The notes beneath the pieces are model-generated. The model made no database searches, was not told the DNA's origin, and saw nothing but the letters and a program-made list of their open reading frames with translations. This document shows positions 27,190 to 37,759 of a stretch of 64,000 nucleotides of DNA, piece after piece; position 1 is the first letter of the stretch; each line of letters opens with the position of its first letter. The translations under genes were made by a program, and so were the position numbers. The stretch lies in NCBI GenBank assembly GCA_036172245.1, contig JAYWIR010000014.1, positions 496,001 through 560,000 of the forward strand, given 5' to 3'. The DNA is from Raillietiella orientalis (taxonomy: Eukaryota).

Positions 27190-27488
27190 CGCTTACGTGA
27201 GCGCGCGCGCGCGCACTCTCTTCCCTCCTCTTCCCTCCCTTCTCTCCCGTGGGGAGCACCTGCGCCGCCCGCCGCGCCTGGCATCCTGCCGGCGGGGAGC
27301 GCGCCGGCTGGCAGCAGCAGCGGGAGGCGGATGGGGACAGTTGAAACCCGCGCGAGCGCCTGTCCGGAGGTACCCCTGCTCCGTCCCGGAGGTCCCAGTC
27401 ACTCCGATCCTCCTCTTCCTCCCTTCCCCTGACCCCCTCCTCGCGGAGGACGGCGACGGCTTCGCTCCGATCTCCTCCACAGGTAAGT
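27190..27488 (+). promoter_or_regulatory. Candidate promoter and non-coding first exon of the LRR gene, ending at consensus donor CAG|GTAAGT (exon end 27482)
   Basis: CpG-rich non-TE island with (GC)7 at 27201-27214 and pyrimidine-rich tracts, followed by a perfect 5' splice site at 27483-27488. The nearest coding exon on this strand is the LRR exon. The start coordinate is approximate. Confidence 0.45.
27201..27214. repeat. (GC)7 dinucleotide run
   Basis: gcgcgcgcgcgcgc read directly. Confidence 0.95.
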
Positions 27489-29449
27489 GGGAGGGCGGGG
27501 ATGGAAAGGGACGGGGAGGCGAGCGGGGCCGGACTATTTCTCCCCCCCCCCTTTTCTGGAAGAGAGACGGGCAAAAGGAAGGGGTCCGGAAGGGGCACTT
27601 TTCCTCTTCCGTTGCCACCCCTGTCGGAAACCTTTCTGTACCGACCCCTAGGGGAAGGGGGAAAAATGGAGGCGGTGGAGGGCGAACAGAGCTTGGTCGA
27701 GAGGGAGGGATGCCGTCTCATTCTCCTCTGACCCCTATGGGAGAGTGAGAGAGGTTTACCGTATCACGGTCGCGTGGCACCGCTTTACGCGTTCTCCCTC
27801 CCTGGGAAGACGAACCCCTCCTTTCCTCGGAAGAGGAAAGGAAGAGGGGGGCGCTGTAGTCTTTCTCTTCCTTCCCTTCCCTTTTCTCTCGCTCCGCCAG
27901 TCCTCTACTGGAAGGTGCCGCCCCTCCCTGCCACGGGAGGATCCAGACCCTCTCGTGTGTTCCTCACTTCGACGGTACTCTCGGAGAGGGGAACACGCCT
28001 GGACCCCTGCCTCGTTCTTCAGAATTCTTCATCCCGATGCGGGAAACGAGCCCTTTCCCGGATGGCAGGCAGGAAAAGGAGGGAAAAGGGAGAGAAAGCG
28101 GCAATGAATGTGCCGGAGGCCATCTGGACGTTCCCCTCCTCCACCTTCTTCTGAAATGCGGGACGGAGTTCGACCAGCGCAACAATCCAACAGGGAAGAG
28201 TGAGGTAATCCTCCCGGGAAGAGGAGGAGGAGAGAGACGTCCTGAGGGCTCGGAGGGACGGAGGTGCCCACCTGCTTCTTTTGCAATCTGCGGGCCAGCA
28301 CTTCCTCTCCTCTTTTTCTTCTTCCCGTTTTCTCCTTCCTTCCCTTTGTCCCCCTTCCGAGAAGCATCCATGCTCGGTGGACACTTTTGGGTGCTCTGAA
28401 GCAGCAACGGGAGAAAAGGAAGGGGCGTCCCGTCGTTCCCTTCGTCGCCCTCTTCCGATGCGTGGAAGAGAGCCTCGCCCGGCCGCGCGAACTCCCTTCG
28501 TCACCTTTCCCCTGGAGACAGAGCCCAGGATTCATCCTGCTTCGATGAGGGGATCCTTCAGGATGGCAGAAGGAAGAGGGCGAAATTTCGACTCCCTCCT
28601 GCTCTCCTCTTTTCTAGTTCTCTTCCTTGTCAGAATCCCTTCTCTTCCTTGTTCTGTCCTCGCCGTTATAGAAACCGCGTCCCAGGACGAGTTCTCGCCT
28701 CGCCGGTGTGCGTGACACCCTCTCTATCATTCCCACTCACCCCTATTTATCAGCACCTGTCCCCGTCCTCATGGTCGTCTCTTAAAAGGGAAGGAGGGAC
28801 AATAGAAGCATCCTTTCTCTCCCTTCCCCTGAAATTCCCTCCTCCAGGAGGAAGGTCTCTCGAATGGAAGAAGGAAGAATCTGGAGCTGCTTCTGATCAT
28901 TTGGGGGCTGCCTGGACTTTCCGGTATACCGAAAGGGGCGGGGGGGAAGGCCTGTCGAGAACGGCGGAGGCTCGGGATACGAAAACGGTGCTCCTCTCTT
29001 CTACTCTCCCCCACCCCGCCTCACCCGACCCTCGTGAAGGAGGTCTCCTCAGAGAGTCCAATCCCTTCTTCTCTCCAGCTGCCCTTCGTTTCCTCTCTCC
29101 TTCATGATCCTCATGCTCCTTCTTATTCTTCCTGTTCCCCTCTTCCTCGCTCCATCCAGCCCTCTCTAGAAGGTGGAAGAGCGCAGAGTCACACAAGAGA
29201 CGGGGAAGGGAGGAGTATGAGGAGGAATGCGAACTCTCTCTCTTTGCTGTGTCCTCTCCCTACTGCAGGAGTTTGCGTTTCTCCCTTGAGCTTCCAACTG
29301 GTTCACGACGCAGGAGGTCTACTTCCCTCTCTCTCAGACCCACCTTTACCTCACTCCTTTCAGCATGGGGAGCGCCCTAGAGCAGCAGTTTCCTGGTCGC
29401 GTGAGTGTGGAAGGAGTGGACCTGGAAAGCGGATGGACAAAGAAGAGAC

Positions 29450-32200
29450 CGAAGGCGCCTATGGGAACACTGCAGGATTTCCTTTGATCCTCTCACCTCC
29501 ATCCCCGATTAGTGCAACCCCCGGATAAGCACCCTTCTCGGGACTTCGCTGCTTTCTGCAAGATGCACTCCTTTCCTGTCCGATTTCTGCAAGACCCAGG
29601 AGTGGAAGTATACGAGACCGGGGGAGTTTCGGATCCAGGAGACCCGTTCGACCACCTTTCCTCATTCTGGACCGCTTCGTGCCTACAGCCTCTGCGTTGC
29701 ACCTGCGCGCAGCTGATCACCCGAGTTCCCCACTCCTTTACACGATAAGGAGCTTCCCATCTCCAGATCTTCTGCTTCCGATACGCCACCAAGAGTCAGT
29801 CCTGACTGCGTCCGGACGACACGGAATTACTCCCTTCGTCACCCCAATCAAAATGGTCACGGCGCAAATCACCCCAATCTGAAATGACAGCACCCTCTCT
29901 CGAAGTAGGGAAGAAATGAGGGGGGAGGCGATGCGCTTTCCACGGAAGCAGCAACCCCTACGAGACGGGGAGCGACTCGGGAAAGCGAAGTGGGGAGTGA
30001 GGACCCTGCACTCGTGGAGCCTACCTCGCACAGGGTCCGCAAGAGACCAGAAACATCCAACGTCCTGCGGCTCATAGGTGACCCACAGCTGTTCTTCCTT
30101 CTTCAAGTTACACCGGAAAACGCCTTCCCCTTGCGTCCGCCGCAAGGAACATAGGCGGTGGGAGCGTTCATGAAATAGGCGCACAAACCACGTGAATTGT
30201 GTGTGGATGCTGGAAAATTCGTACTGAAGTCATTTGCTTCTACATGGATCTTCTATTAGAAGATCTTGGAGTGTCTTCCCATCCGACAACAAGGGAGGAA
30301 GGGGGTGAGACGATGCTCGGACTCTCACGACATCGATCGATCAGTCTTCCGCCCTCGCTGAGGTGCCGATGGTTTTTTGCGGCGGGAAAGAGAGGGTCCT
30401 GTTTCTCAGCCCCACGATAACGGAGCACCCGTCCCTGGCACTCTCCACGAGAGTGCCGTCGTCTCACTCCTCGAAACTCCGAACGCTGGAGTTCGACTGG
30501 GCGTCCCTCGGATTTCTCCTTTCTCTCACGATATATGCCCAATATACGCCACCGCAATCGTCTCCCACCGCTTCCAGTCTCAGGAGGATCCTCGTTCCCC
30601 ACGCTCTGCAGCGTCATTGTCAGTTTCTGGCTCTGACTCAGCCTCTTTCGAGTCCCGTTTCCATTGGACACAGGCCGGCAAGATTCCAAGACGGAACCTC
30701 CCTGCAGGTGGCTGCTGCTTCCTCTATGGTGATGTTGCCACCGCGGCCACCCTCGGCATCTGACTTTTTCCGATGGAATCCATTTCACGCACGCAGTGAC
30801 GAAACCAGCGAGGATGAGGAGAGAGAGAGGGTTCCTGAACGGATTCAGGAGATCGTTGGACTCTTGGAATTTTGTCCGTTCAAAGCAGAAGGTCTCTAAT
30901 CGGTATCCTTTCCAGTTCGTGGAACTGGTGGCGGATTTCGTCTCCCCCGTTGTCGCTCCGAGACAGCCATTTTCCTCCTGAAAAAAAAAAAAAAAAATCT
31001 CCTTGCTACGACCTGGGTGGGGACAGAGAGGCGATCTCCTTCTTCGACTCTTCGCTATTCCCCGCATCTACCCTCCCCCTCCCATGCTGCACTGCGCATG
31101 ATTTCAGGAGCTCCCACTTGCCTGCCCGCAATACCGACGGAGCTCTCTGGGGAACAGGTCTGGATGCTTTGCAAGGGTTGCCAGCAGCTATAATGCGAAG
31201 ATCTCGTCCGCGGTCCCCCTGAACCTTTTTCCATCTGGATGCGAGGAAGCCTTTCCTGGAGTCAGTGGCCAGCCAACCACTTTCCCCTTGATGTCTCAGT
31301 ACCCTTCTGTTGGAAGGTGTGACCTGAAAGGGGTTAGTCCTGAAGGCGGTCTCACTCCGCGGTAATTTCTTACGGGCAAATTGGAAAAGTGATGTTTAGA
31401 TTTATTGATAATCACTCTGTACAGAGGGACAGCTATCATTGTTGGCTATCAGTAATGATCAACAGTCGGTTGTCAATCATTACTGATAGCTGAATAGGGC
31501 ATATTGTTGGTAATCGATCAGTTACTATTGTTGACTTTTGGAGACCACTTATGATTGACAGTCAGATAGCGAGCATTGTTGACGATCGATCAGCAATTAT
31601 CATTCTTGATTCCCCCTCCTCTTGCGAACAATTATGAAGCGAGTGCACTTTTAGCCAGCAGAAGATTAGGCAGTGGGCGCTTCTGAAGCCTCAGACAACA
31701 ATTCAGAGTTCCACAGGTGCAGTGCAGTTCCCAGCGAATCCAGCCGCTGGAAGCAAGAGCGACATGGTCTTCGGGCTATCCTGCCGCCGTCTGCCTCGCT
31801 TTTCCGAGGGATGATGTTAACGATGGGGAATCATGTTAAAAGAACTTTTCGACATTCGAAGGACATCGAAAAGTTCCGCCGTTCGTGACCATGCAAATCG
31901 GAACACGCTAGCGATACTTCTAGGCGATGACCCTGGCGCTTCTTCCGTTACCAAGAGCAGTGTTTGCTTCGGTGGCACCTTCCTGGATTGCACCTCCGGG
32001 GACGTGACGCAGGCAACGGTTCCCCTTCACCACAAAGGTCGGTTCCCCGTTGCGCGGTGCAGCACGAAAGCGAACCGAGTTCCAGGTATCGCACGTTTCA
32101 AATCTACGCTGAGGGACCTTCCGTCAGCTGAATGCGTGCCGCATGGGAAGAGAGCTGCCGCACACCGTAATGGGAGAGAAGCAGGAGGAGGGGAGGGACG
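29450..32200 (+). mobile_element. Internally deleted, decayed I-group-like LINE (ORF1 end, EN, partial RT, RNase H), interrupted by an AT-rich insert
   Basis: ORF1: VPTASALHL..DHPSSPLLYTIRSFPSPDL-CFR..NGHGANHPN (gag knuckles). EN: CWKIR, GETML, GKRG/VLFL, LTIYAQYTPPQ and CFLYGDVAT. RT: TDGALWGTG (aDD.alW.tg), a WGAS-like segment at about 31674 and GLRAIL. RNase H: SSVTKSSVCFG and ECVPHG..RNG. Confidence 0.7.
31380..31612. repeat. AT-rich degenerate direct/inverted repeat insert with a perfect 15-bp inverted repeat
   Basis: Repeated ATTGTTG(g/a)..ATC(GATC)AG units at about 31438, 31503, 31527 and 31575. GCTATCAGTAATGAT (31445-31459) is the exact reverse complement of ATCATTACTGATAGC (31476-31490). 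Confidence 0.8.
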
Positions 32201-34997
32201 TTCTTTGCTCCTCTCTCTCAGTGTGTTCACACTCGCGAGGAGAGGGGATTCGTTAAAGATTCAGTGCATGCGAAACGCTTGAAATGGCTTTGCTTTAATG
32301 ATCAGCATTATCAGATTGGAGGAACGGAAGCTGCGGCCAAAAAAAGACCTTCCTGGGGAAGGAATTCATTATTGTTGGCTCAGATGGCGTGAAGTTTCCC
32401 GGAATCGTGCAGGATAAATTTTCGTTTTGATCTTTTTTTTTTTTTTCTTGAGACGGATGACAAGGAACAATCAGATGTTTGCAAAGAAGTTAGCGGAAAT
32501 CGGGATGTCCACTGACTTTTAGGAGCTCGAAAGGAGATTTACTTCATCCGAGCTTCCCCCGACTACGTCGGGAACAGCGCTCATCCTGTTTTCGCGATTA
32601 ATCATCGGAGGCTGAATCCCCGCGCTGCGCGGGCGAAGCTCTCGGGGACCCACGGCGCTAAATCAAGTCGGCTCCCAAGTATGCGCGAGGGATTCCACCC
32701 GTCCGTTCAGCTTCTAGGAGAGGAACTTCTTCAGCCAGAGGGAACCTCCGTTCCCTCCGGCTCCTGTCGCAGGAGAGCGTAGGCACGCGTGCGCGGCCTG
32801 GGAACGGGACGAACCGAGCCACAGCTTCCTGCTTTCGTCCCTCACTAGGCGGGCGGTGTCTCAGCATCCGCGAGACGCTGGAGCCAGACCGTGGTGCCTC
32901 GATCTCCCCTTCCTCTTTTGCCATCCCCACTACCCGCTTTGGCTGCTGCTGCTGATGATGATGATGATCTCGCGCTTGCTTGCCGTCCCTCCGAGGGAAG
33001 TTTCTCCTTCTGGCGGGTCAGCGCGAGAGGAAGGGGTCGTTAGCGCCCTTAGGCGCCGCTGTAGAGGACACCCAGGGGAGGAGGCTAGGTCCCAGGGAGA
33101 GTCTGCTCTTTGTCCTCCCTTCCCCTTTCCCGAGCTCGTGGAGGCACCGGTCTTCCGACTGGTGGAGTCTCACCCTGTAGAGAGATGGACCCTCCGGCGA
33201 GATGAGGCTCCAGAGAGGCGTAGCGGAAGCTGCTTGAGATTCCGCAGCCGTGGCTAGAGAAGTCCGGGGATCTTTCTTTCTTTGGTCCAAAGGAAAAAAG
33301 GAAGCGAGAAAATGGGGGCAACCTTTCATTGTTTCTGATTAGCATTCCTTCTCCTTATTTTCTTCCCCTCCTCCCCGTCCCCTCGTACAGAACCGCGAGT
33401 CCGAGACTTCTTACCGCGCGGAGGACCGGGCAAAGGCACAAGGATTTCCTCGGGATCGCCGCCGTTCCGGAAAGCTTCAGAGTGGTCACCTCCCTCACGA
33501 GCCAGTGGCATCCCACTCCCCATTCCGCCGTCTTCTCTCCCGTCTCCGGGGCGAGAGGATGCGGGAAGCAGGTCGCCCAGCAGCGTGCGTTTCCACTCCT
33601 GTCCCCTATTGGGGCGTCTGCCTGGATGAGAGCGCAAGGTCCATAGCTTCGCTGCCGCACCTTCCCTCTCCAGAGACCCCTCTTTTCTCAGAGACCAGTC
33701 TCAGCTCCTCACTTCTGACTCTCGACGATATTCACCCTCTTTTCGACGTGATGGACTCCCGCGAACTGGTTGCATTTTTCCAGCTTCTAGAGGGGGGGCG
33801 GGTGTGGAAGCTGATTGACTGCGAAGGCTGCATGGGGAGGAGCGTCGCATCCGCCCTTTCACGCAGGAGAGGGAGGCAATCAAAGCAGGGCGAGAAGGGG
33901 CGGTGCAGTTGCGGGAGCGTCAGGCGCCCCCCCCCCTTCCCCCTCGGAGTCGAAAGGGGACGCTCGAGGGACGGAGAGCTGGAGGGAAAGTCCCGCTCAC
34001 CTCACACGCAGCATTGGCGCCTTGAGAGGCCACGCCGCATCGCAGTCAGGCCCCTCCCATCGCTTTTCATGCCCCAAGCTATCTTCCTCTTCACCATTCT
34101 TCGGCTCCCGCACCACCTCGTTTCTCCCCGTGGTCCACCTAGCTCAAGGACCCCGTCCAACACGAAGAGGCTCCCGCCTCGGGAATCCTCTTTCTGGAGG
34201 AGCGGCGGAGCACACGCAACGCGAGCGAGTGGGCACGCAGCACGCGCGTGCGCCGACGCGCTCGGCGTTGCGTTGCCCGGGACCGGACCCGAGCTGCGCG
34301 CATGAGCACTGCGCTTACAGCGTTCTCTCGTCCCTTCTTTGGGAAAGAGGAAGGGTAGCCTCCGCTCGCTGAGGACTTAAGACCCTCCCCGCGGGTTGTT
34401 CCGGGAGCCACGCGAGGGGCCTCACACGTCTTCGCGTGCTAAGAATGCTTCTCGAGCCGTACCGGAGGAAAGGAGAGGAGGAGGAAGGAAAGAAAGGTCT
34501 CCCAGTTCCTCTCTCCCCTTCCTCCTCCTCTGCTCCTCTGAGACCGAAAAAATCGATCCTCCCGAGTCGGGGAGGGCGGAGGAACGCGGGTGAGGATTGA
34601 GGATCGAGGAAACTTTTTTTTTTTTTTTTTTGGCTTGTCCTCCCGAGGAAGAGGCAGACCGCTGAGCAGGAAGAGGATTGAGACGTGGCAAGGGAGGACT
34701 CCCAGATGGACCGACCTTTGTGTTTGTCCCTCGTCCTCCGCCTGTGTTCCTCTCCTCGCCTCCTCTTCTGCTGTCTTCCTGTGCAGCACCGCGGGAAGGG
34801 AAACTAAGAATCGTCCACCCACGCGGGCCATGTGGCCGGTCGAAGGCTGCCGGTGTGGGTGATTTTCCTACCTTCTTGTCGGCGTCGTTTCCCGCCGTCG
34901 CATCCTCTCTAGCGCGAGACGCCGCCGGAAGATGTCAGGCGCTGTGGGGGAGGAGGAGGATAGCGCTTGACGGGGAAATAATACGGGACAAAAGGCA

Positions 34998-35006
34998 ACA
35001 GTGAGT
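34998..35006 (+). promoter_or_regulatory. Candidate alternative 5' splice donor (ACA|GTGAGT)
   Basis: GTGAGT at 35001-35006 lies downstream of a second CpG-dense island (about 34200-34330). Confidence 0.25.
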
Positions 35007-36083
35007 ACTCGAGAGACGTCGGGCAGCGGCAACGGAGGGGTCGAACGGGAGGGGTCCATTGGGTGTGGGAGAGAGCGCATGGCTCCCTGTGGCGCACGGC
35101 TGGATGCCACTGAAAATCGATCGTGACCGCGATTGGAGTCTCGAGACCCCGAAGAAGCGAGGCTCATGCTTCACTCCGTTCGCCTGAGGCGGAGAGGCTG
35201 CAAGCTGCCTTCCCGGCGCCTCAGGAGACGAGGTCTCTACCCCTCTCTTCCTCCTTTCTTCCCTTCCTTTTCCTACCTCTCCTCCCGCGCTCACCCTTTC
35301 CCATCCTTCGAAACCAAAGTGCCACCACCAACGGCAGCTTGTGCAAAGGACATCCCCACCGTCCTCACCTAGTGGGAGCGTGCTGTCGTCGCAGTGATGG
35401 CGTGACGTCATAGAAGCAACCGGAGTAACGCGGAGCAGCAGCAGCGGGGGAAACGCGAGACCCCTGCGAAAACACATGGCACAGCAAAAAAAAAAAAGAG
35501 AGGATCCCTGGCTTGAATCCGGCGGCGGCAGCAGCGGCGCGTTTCCCGGATGTCTTCCCCCCCCCCTCCCCCCCCCCGTGGCCTTCGTTGGGATCCGCTC
35601 CCTCCCATCCTCGTGGAAAGCAGGCTCCCTACTCCCTTTGTTTCCAATATCAGTCCGCTCTGCCCTTCCCCCCAAATTTCGGTGAGGGGAGGTCTTCTCC
35701 CCTCCCTCCTCTCCCTTCCTCATCGCCACCTCGGAACAGGAGCGCCTCCTCCGAGGAAGTGAAAAACAAAAGCTCGCGCCTTCCCGGCGCAGTCCCCACC
35801 TCCGGGGCTGTCCCTTCCCTGCTTCCCGTCCTTCTGGGTCCATCCGATCAACAGAAGGGATCGGTTCTGGGAGGGGAGGGAGCGTGTTCTCAGGGGGAGG
35901 GACTCCGTGCGTATCTCCACCGTACCCCGCCGCCTCCGGGGGAGGTTCATGTAGCTCCCGTGTGTTCCCGGCTCCTTCCTTCCGAGAACTGTTTTCCTCC
36001 CTTCCCGTTGACCAGATGGGATGGGATCCCGAACGGGCGCGAACCTGAAGGCTTGCCGCGGGTCGTCACGCACCAGGGACCGA

Positions 36084-36107
36084 TGTCACCACTGCCTGCA
36101 CTTCCAG
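36084..36107 (+). promoter_or_regulatory. 3' splice acceptor of the LRR coding exon (exon starts 36108)
   Basis: tgtcaccactgcctgcacttccAG|g contains a branch-like TCAC, a pyrimidine-rich tract and CAG, 26 nt upstream of the ATG. Confidence 0.6.
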
Positions 36108-36133
36108 GAAAATCAAGGGAGCATGAAGGAGGG

Positions 36134-37693
36134 ATGAATTTCGGACAAAGCTGGAGCTTGTGCTCGGGATACATCTTCGCATCTCTGGTTGCCGCGGCAG
36201 GCGGCCTGTGTCCGAGCCTGTGCCTGTGTGACGAAGAGGTTTTGACGTCCAAGTGCACCCGCTCTCAGTTGAGTATCATCCCTATCACTTTCAATCCCAT
36301 GGTACGGCGCTTGCATCTGTCAGAGAACAGCATCCGAGACATCAACGCCGCTCTGCACCTTTACGGGGAGCTGCGGTACCTCGATCTGTCCTTCAACAAC
36401 ATAGAAAGCATCGCTGACAGGTCCTTCGAGAACCAGAAGCACCTCAGTATCCTGAAGATGTCCCGCAACAAGATCTCGAGAATCAGCCTCCTGAGCTTCG
36501 TCGGGCTGGAGGAGCTTCTGCACCTCGATCTCAGCAGCAACCTCATAGCTGAGATCCCAGGAGGCTCCTTCGTGCACCTCGGGAGGCTTCGGGAGCTGTC
36601 CTTGGAGGCCAACAGGATCCACTCGCTGGACGACGACGCGCTCAACGGTGCCCGATCCCTGCGGCTGCTGAACCTTGGAGAGAACAGGCTCCGAGATGTG
36701 TCTCCGGGAAGCCTGAGGATGCTTGAGGAGCTGTCGGTTCTCGATCTGAGCAGCAACCACTTCCGGTGCTTTGGGAGCATCGCTGCCGGGGTCCAAGGAG
36801 GTGGCAGCGTGGATGCTTGTAAAGACGGTCTGGACGGCCTCCGAAACCTGTCCTCCCTGAGGTCCCTGAAGCTGCGGAGCAACGGCTTCCTGCAGCTGCC
36901 CATCCGGTCCCTAATCTTTCTCCGGAAGCTGGAGAGGCTGGCAATCGGGGGAAATGACTTCGAGTCCATAGAGCCTCTCTCCTTTGAAGGACTCGTTGGC
37001 CTGAGACACCTGGAGATCAGCGGCTGCAGGAAACTCTCGGAAATACGTTCTGGAGCATTCTCCGACAACTCCCTCCTGAGCAGTGTCAAGATCAGCGACA
37101 ACCCCAACCTCCGGTCGATCCAGCCGGCGTCCCTCTCTGCGCTGCCCCGCCTGGAAAGGGCAGATCTCAGCAGCAACCAGCTCGCCACCGTTCCCTCGTC
37201 TTCTCTGCCCATGGAGTCCCTGAGGCACCTAGACTTGTCGGGAAACCCCCTGGTCTGCAACTGCTCCATCTTGTGGCTGAAGAGCTCGCTTAGCAGCCCG
37301 AACGGTTCTCTGACCATCGAGCCCGTGATGTGCAGCTTTCCTGCTGTCCTCAGTGGGAAGGACCTGCAGGAAGTGGGCACAGAGGAACTGGACTGCCACT
37401 CCCCCGTGAAGATGGTTTTCCTACTCTCCCTCATCGCCGCCGTCTCTCTGGCACTCCTGTCCCTGTCCTGCTACCTCTTCCGGAGATACAAGAAGCGGTT
37501 CTTTGCGGTCTTCCAGGAGAAGGTTCCGGAGACCGCGAAGAGATCCTGGGAAGAGCCGGAATACCTGGACGGCGAATGGGACCGCGAGTACTTCACTGGA
37601 TGGAGCATCGTCGACCCCCAGTGCTCCTGCAGCAGGGAGGACCGACTTTCCCCCGCTCCCCACGGGAGGCCCATCTTTGTCAGTGTCATCTAG
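36134..37693 (+). CDS. trn/caps: Tartan/Capricious-family leucine-rich-repeat transmembrane protein (519 aa, single coding exon)
   Basis: First in-frame ATG after a candidate splice acceptor gives a signal-peptide-like N-terminus (MNFGQSWSLCSGYIFASLVAAAGG). It is followed by LRRNT (CPSLCLCDEEVLTSKC..QLSIIPITFNP), about 12-13 LxxLxLxxN repeats, LRRCT (NPLVCNCSILWL..VMCSFP..LDC), a TM helix (MVFLLSLIAAVSLALLSLSCYLF, 37412-37480), a basic stop-transfer stretch (RRYKKR) and a short tail with EPEY and terminal PIFVSVI. Segments such as LYGELRYLDLS, GGNDFE and GAFSDN match Drosophila Tartan/Capricious as I recall them. No TIR or Ig domain. trn versus caps orthology is unresolved. Confidence 0.9.
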   Translation: MNFGQSWSLCSGYIFASLVAAAGGLCPSLCLCDEEVLTSKCTRSQLSIIPITFNPMVRRLHLSENSIRDINAALHLYGELRYLDLSFNNIESIADRSFENQKHLSILKMSRNKISRISLLSFVGLEELLHLDLSSNLIAEIPGGSFVHLGRLRELSLEANRIHSLDDDALNGARSLRLLNLGENRLRDVSPGSLRMLEELSVLDLSSNHFRCFGSIAAGVQGGGSVDACKDGLDGLRNLSSLRSLKLRSNGFLQLPIRSLIFLRKLERLAIGGNDFESIEPLSFEGLVGLRHLEISGCRKLSEIRSGAFSDNSLLSSVKISDNPNLRSIQPASLSALPRLERADLSSNQLATVPSSSLPMESLRHLDLSGNPLVCNCSILWLKSSLSSPNGSLTIEPVMCSFPAVLSGKDLQEVGTEELDCHSPVKMVFLLSLIAAVSLALLSLSCYLFRRYKKRFFAVFQEKVPETAKRSWEEPEYLDGEWDREYFTGWSIVDPQCSCSREDRLSPAPHGRPIFVSVI

Positions 37694-37759
37694 TCGCTCC
37701 CCCGCTCTCCCTTCTTCCATCAGCTCCCTCCCTCCCAAGGAGCTCCGGAGGAACTTCGA

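Noticed and set aside
35513..36133. 207-aa N-terminal extension of the 726-aa ORF call
   Set aside because: It starts at TTG, is Pro/Ser-rich low-complexity sequence across C-runs, lies mostly upstream of a good splice acceptor (36107), and would bury the signal peptide.
36361..37434. 357-aa antisense ORF and other ORFs overlapping the LRR gene
   Set aside because: These are shadow ORFs caused by the GC-rich codon usage of the real gene and have no domain features.
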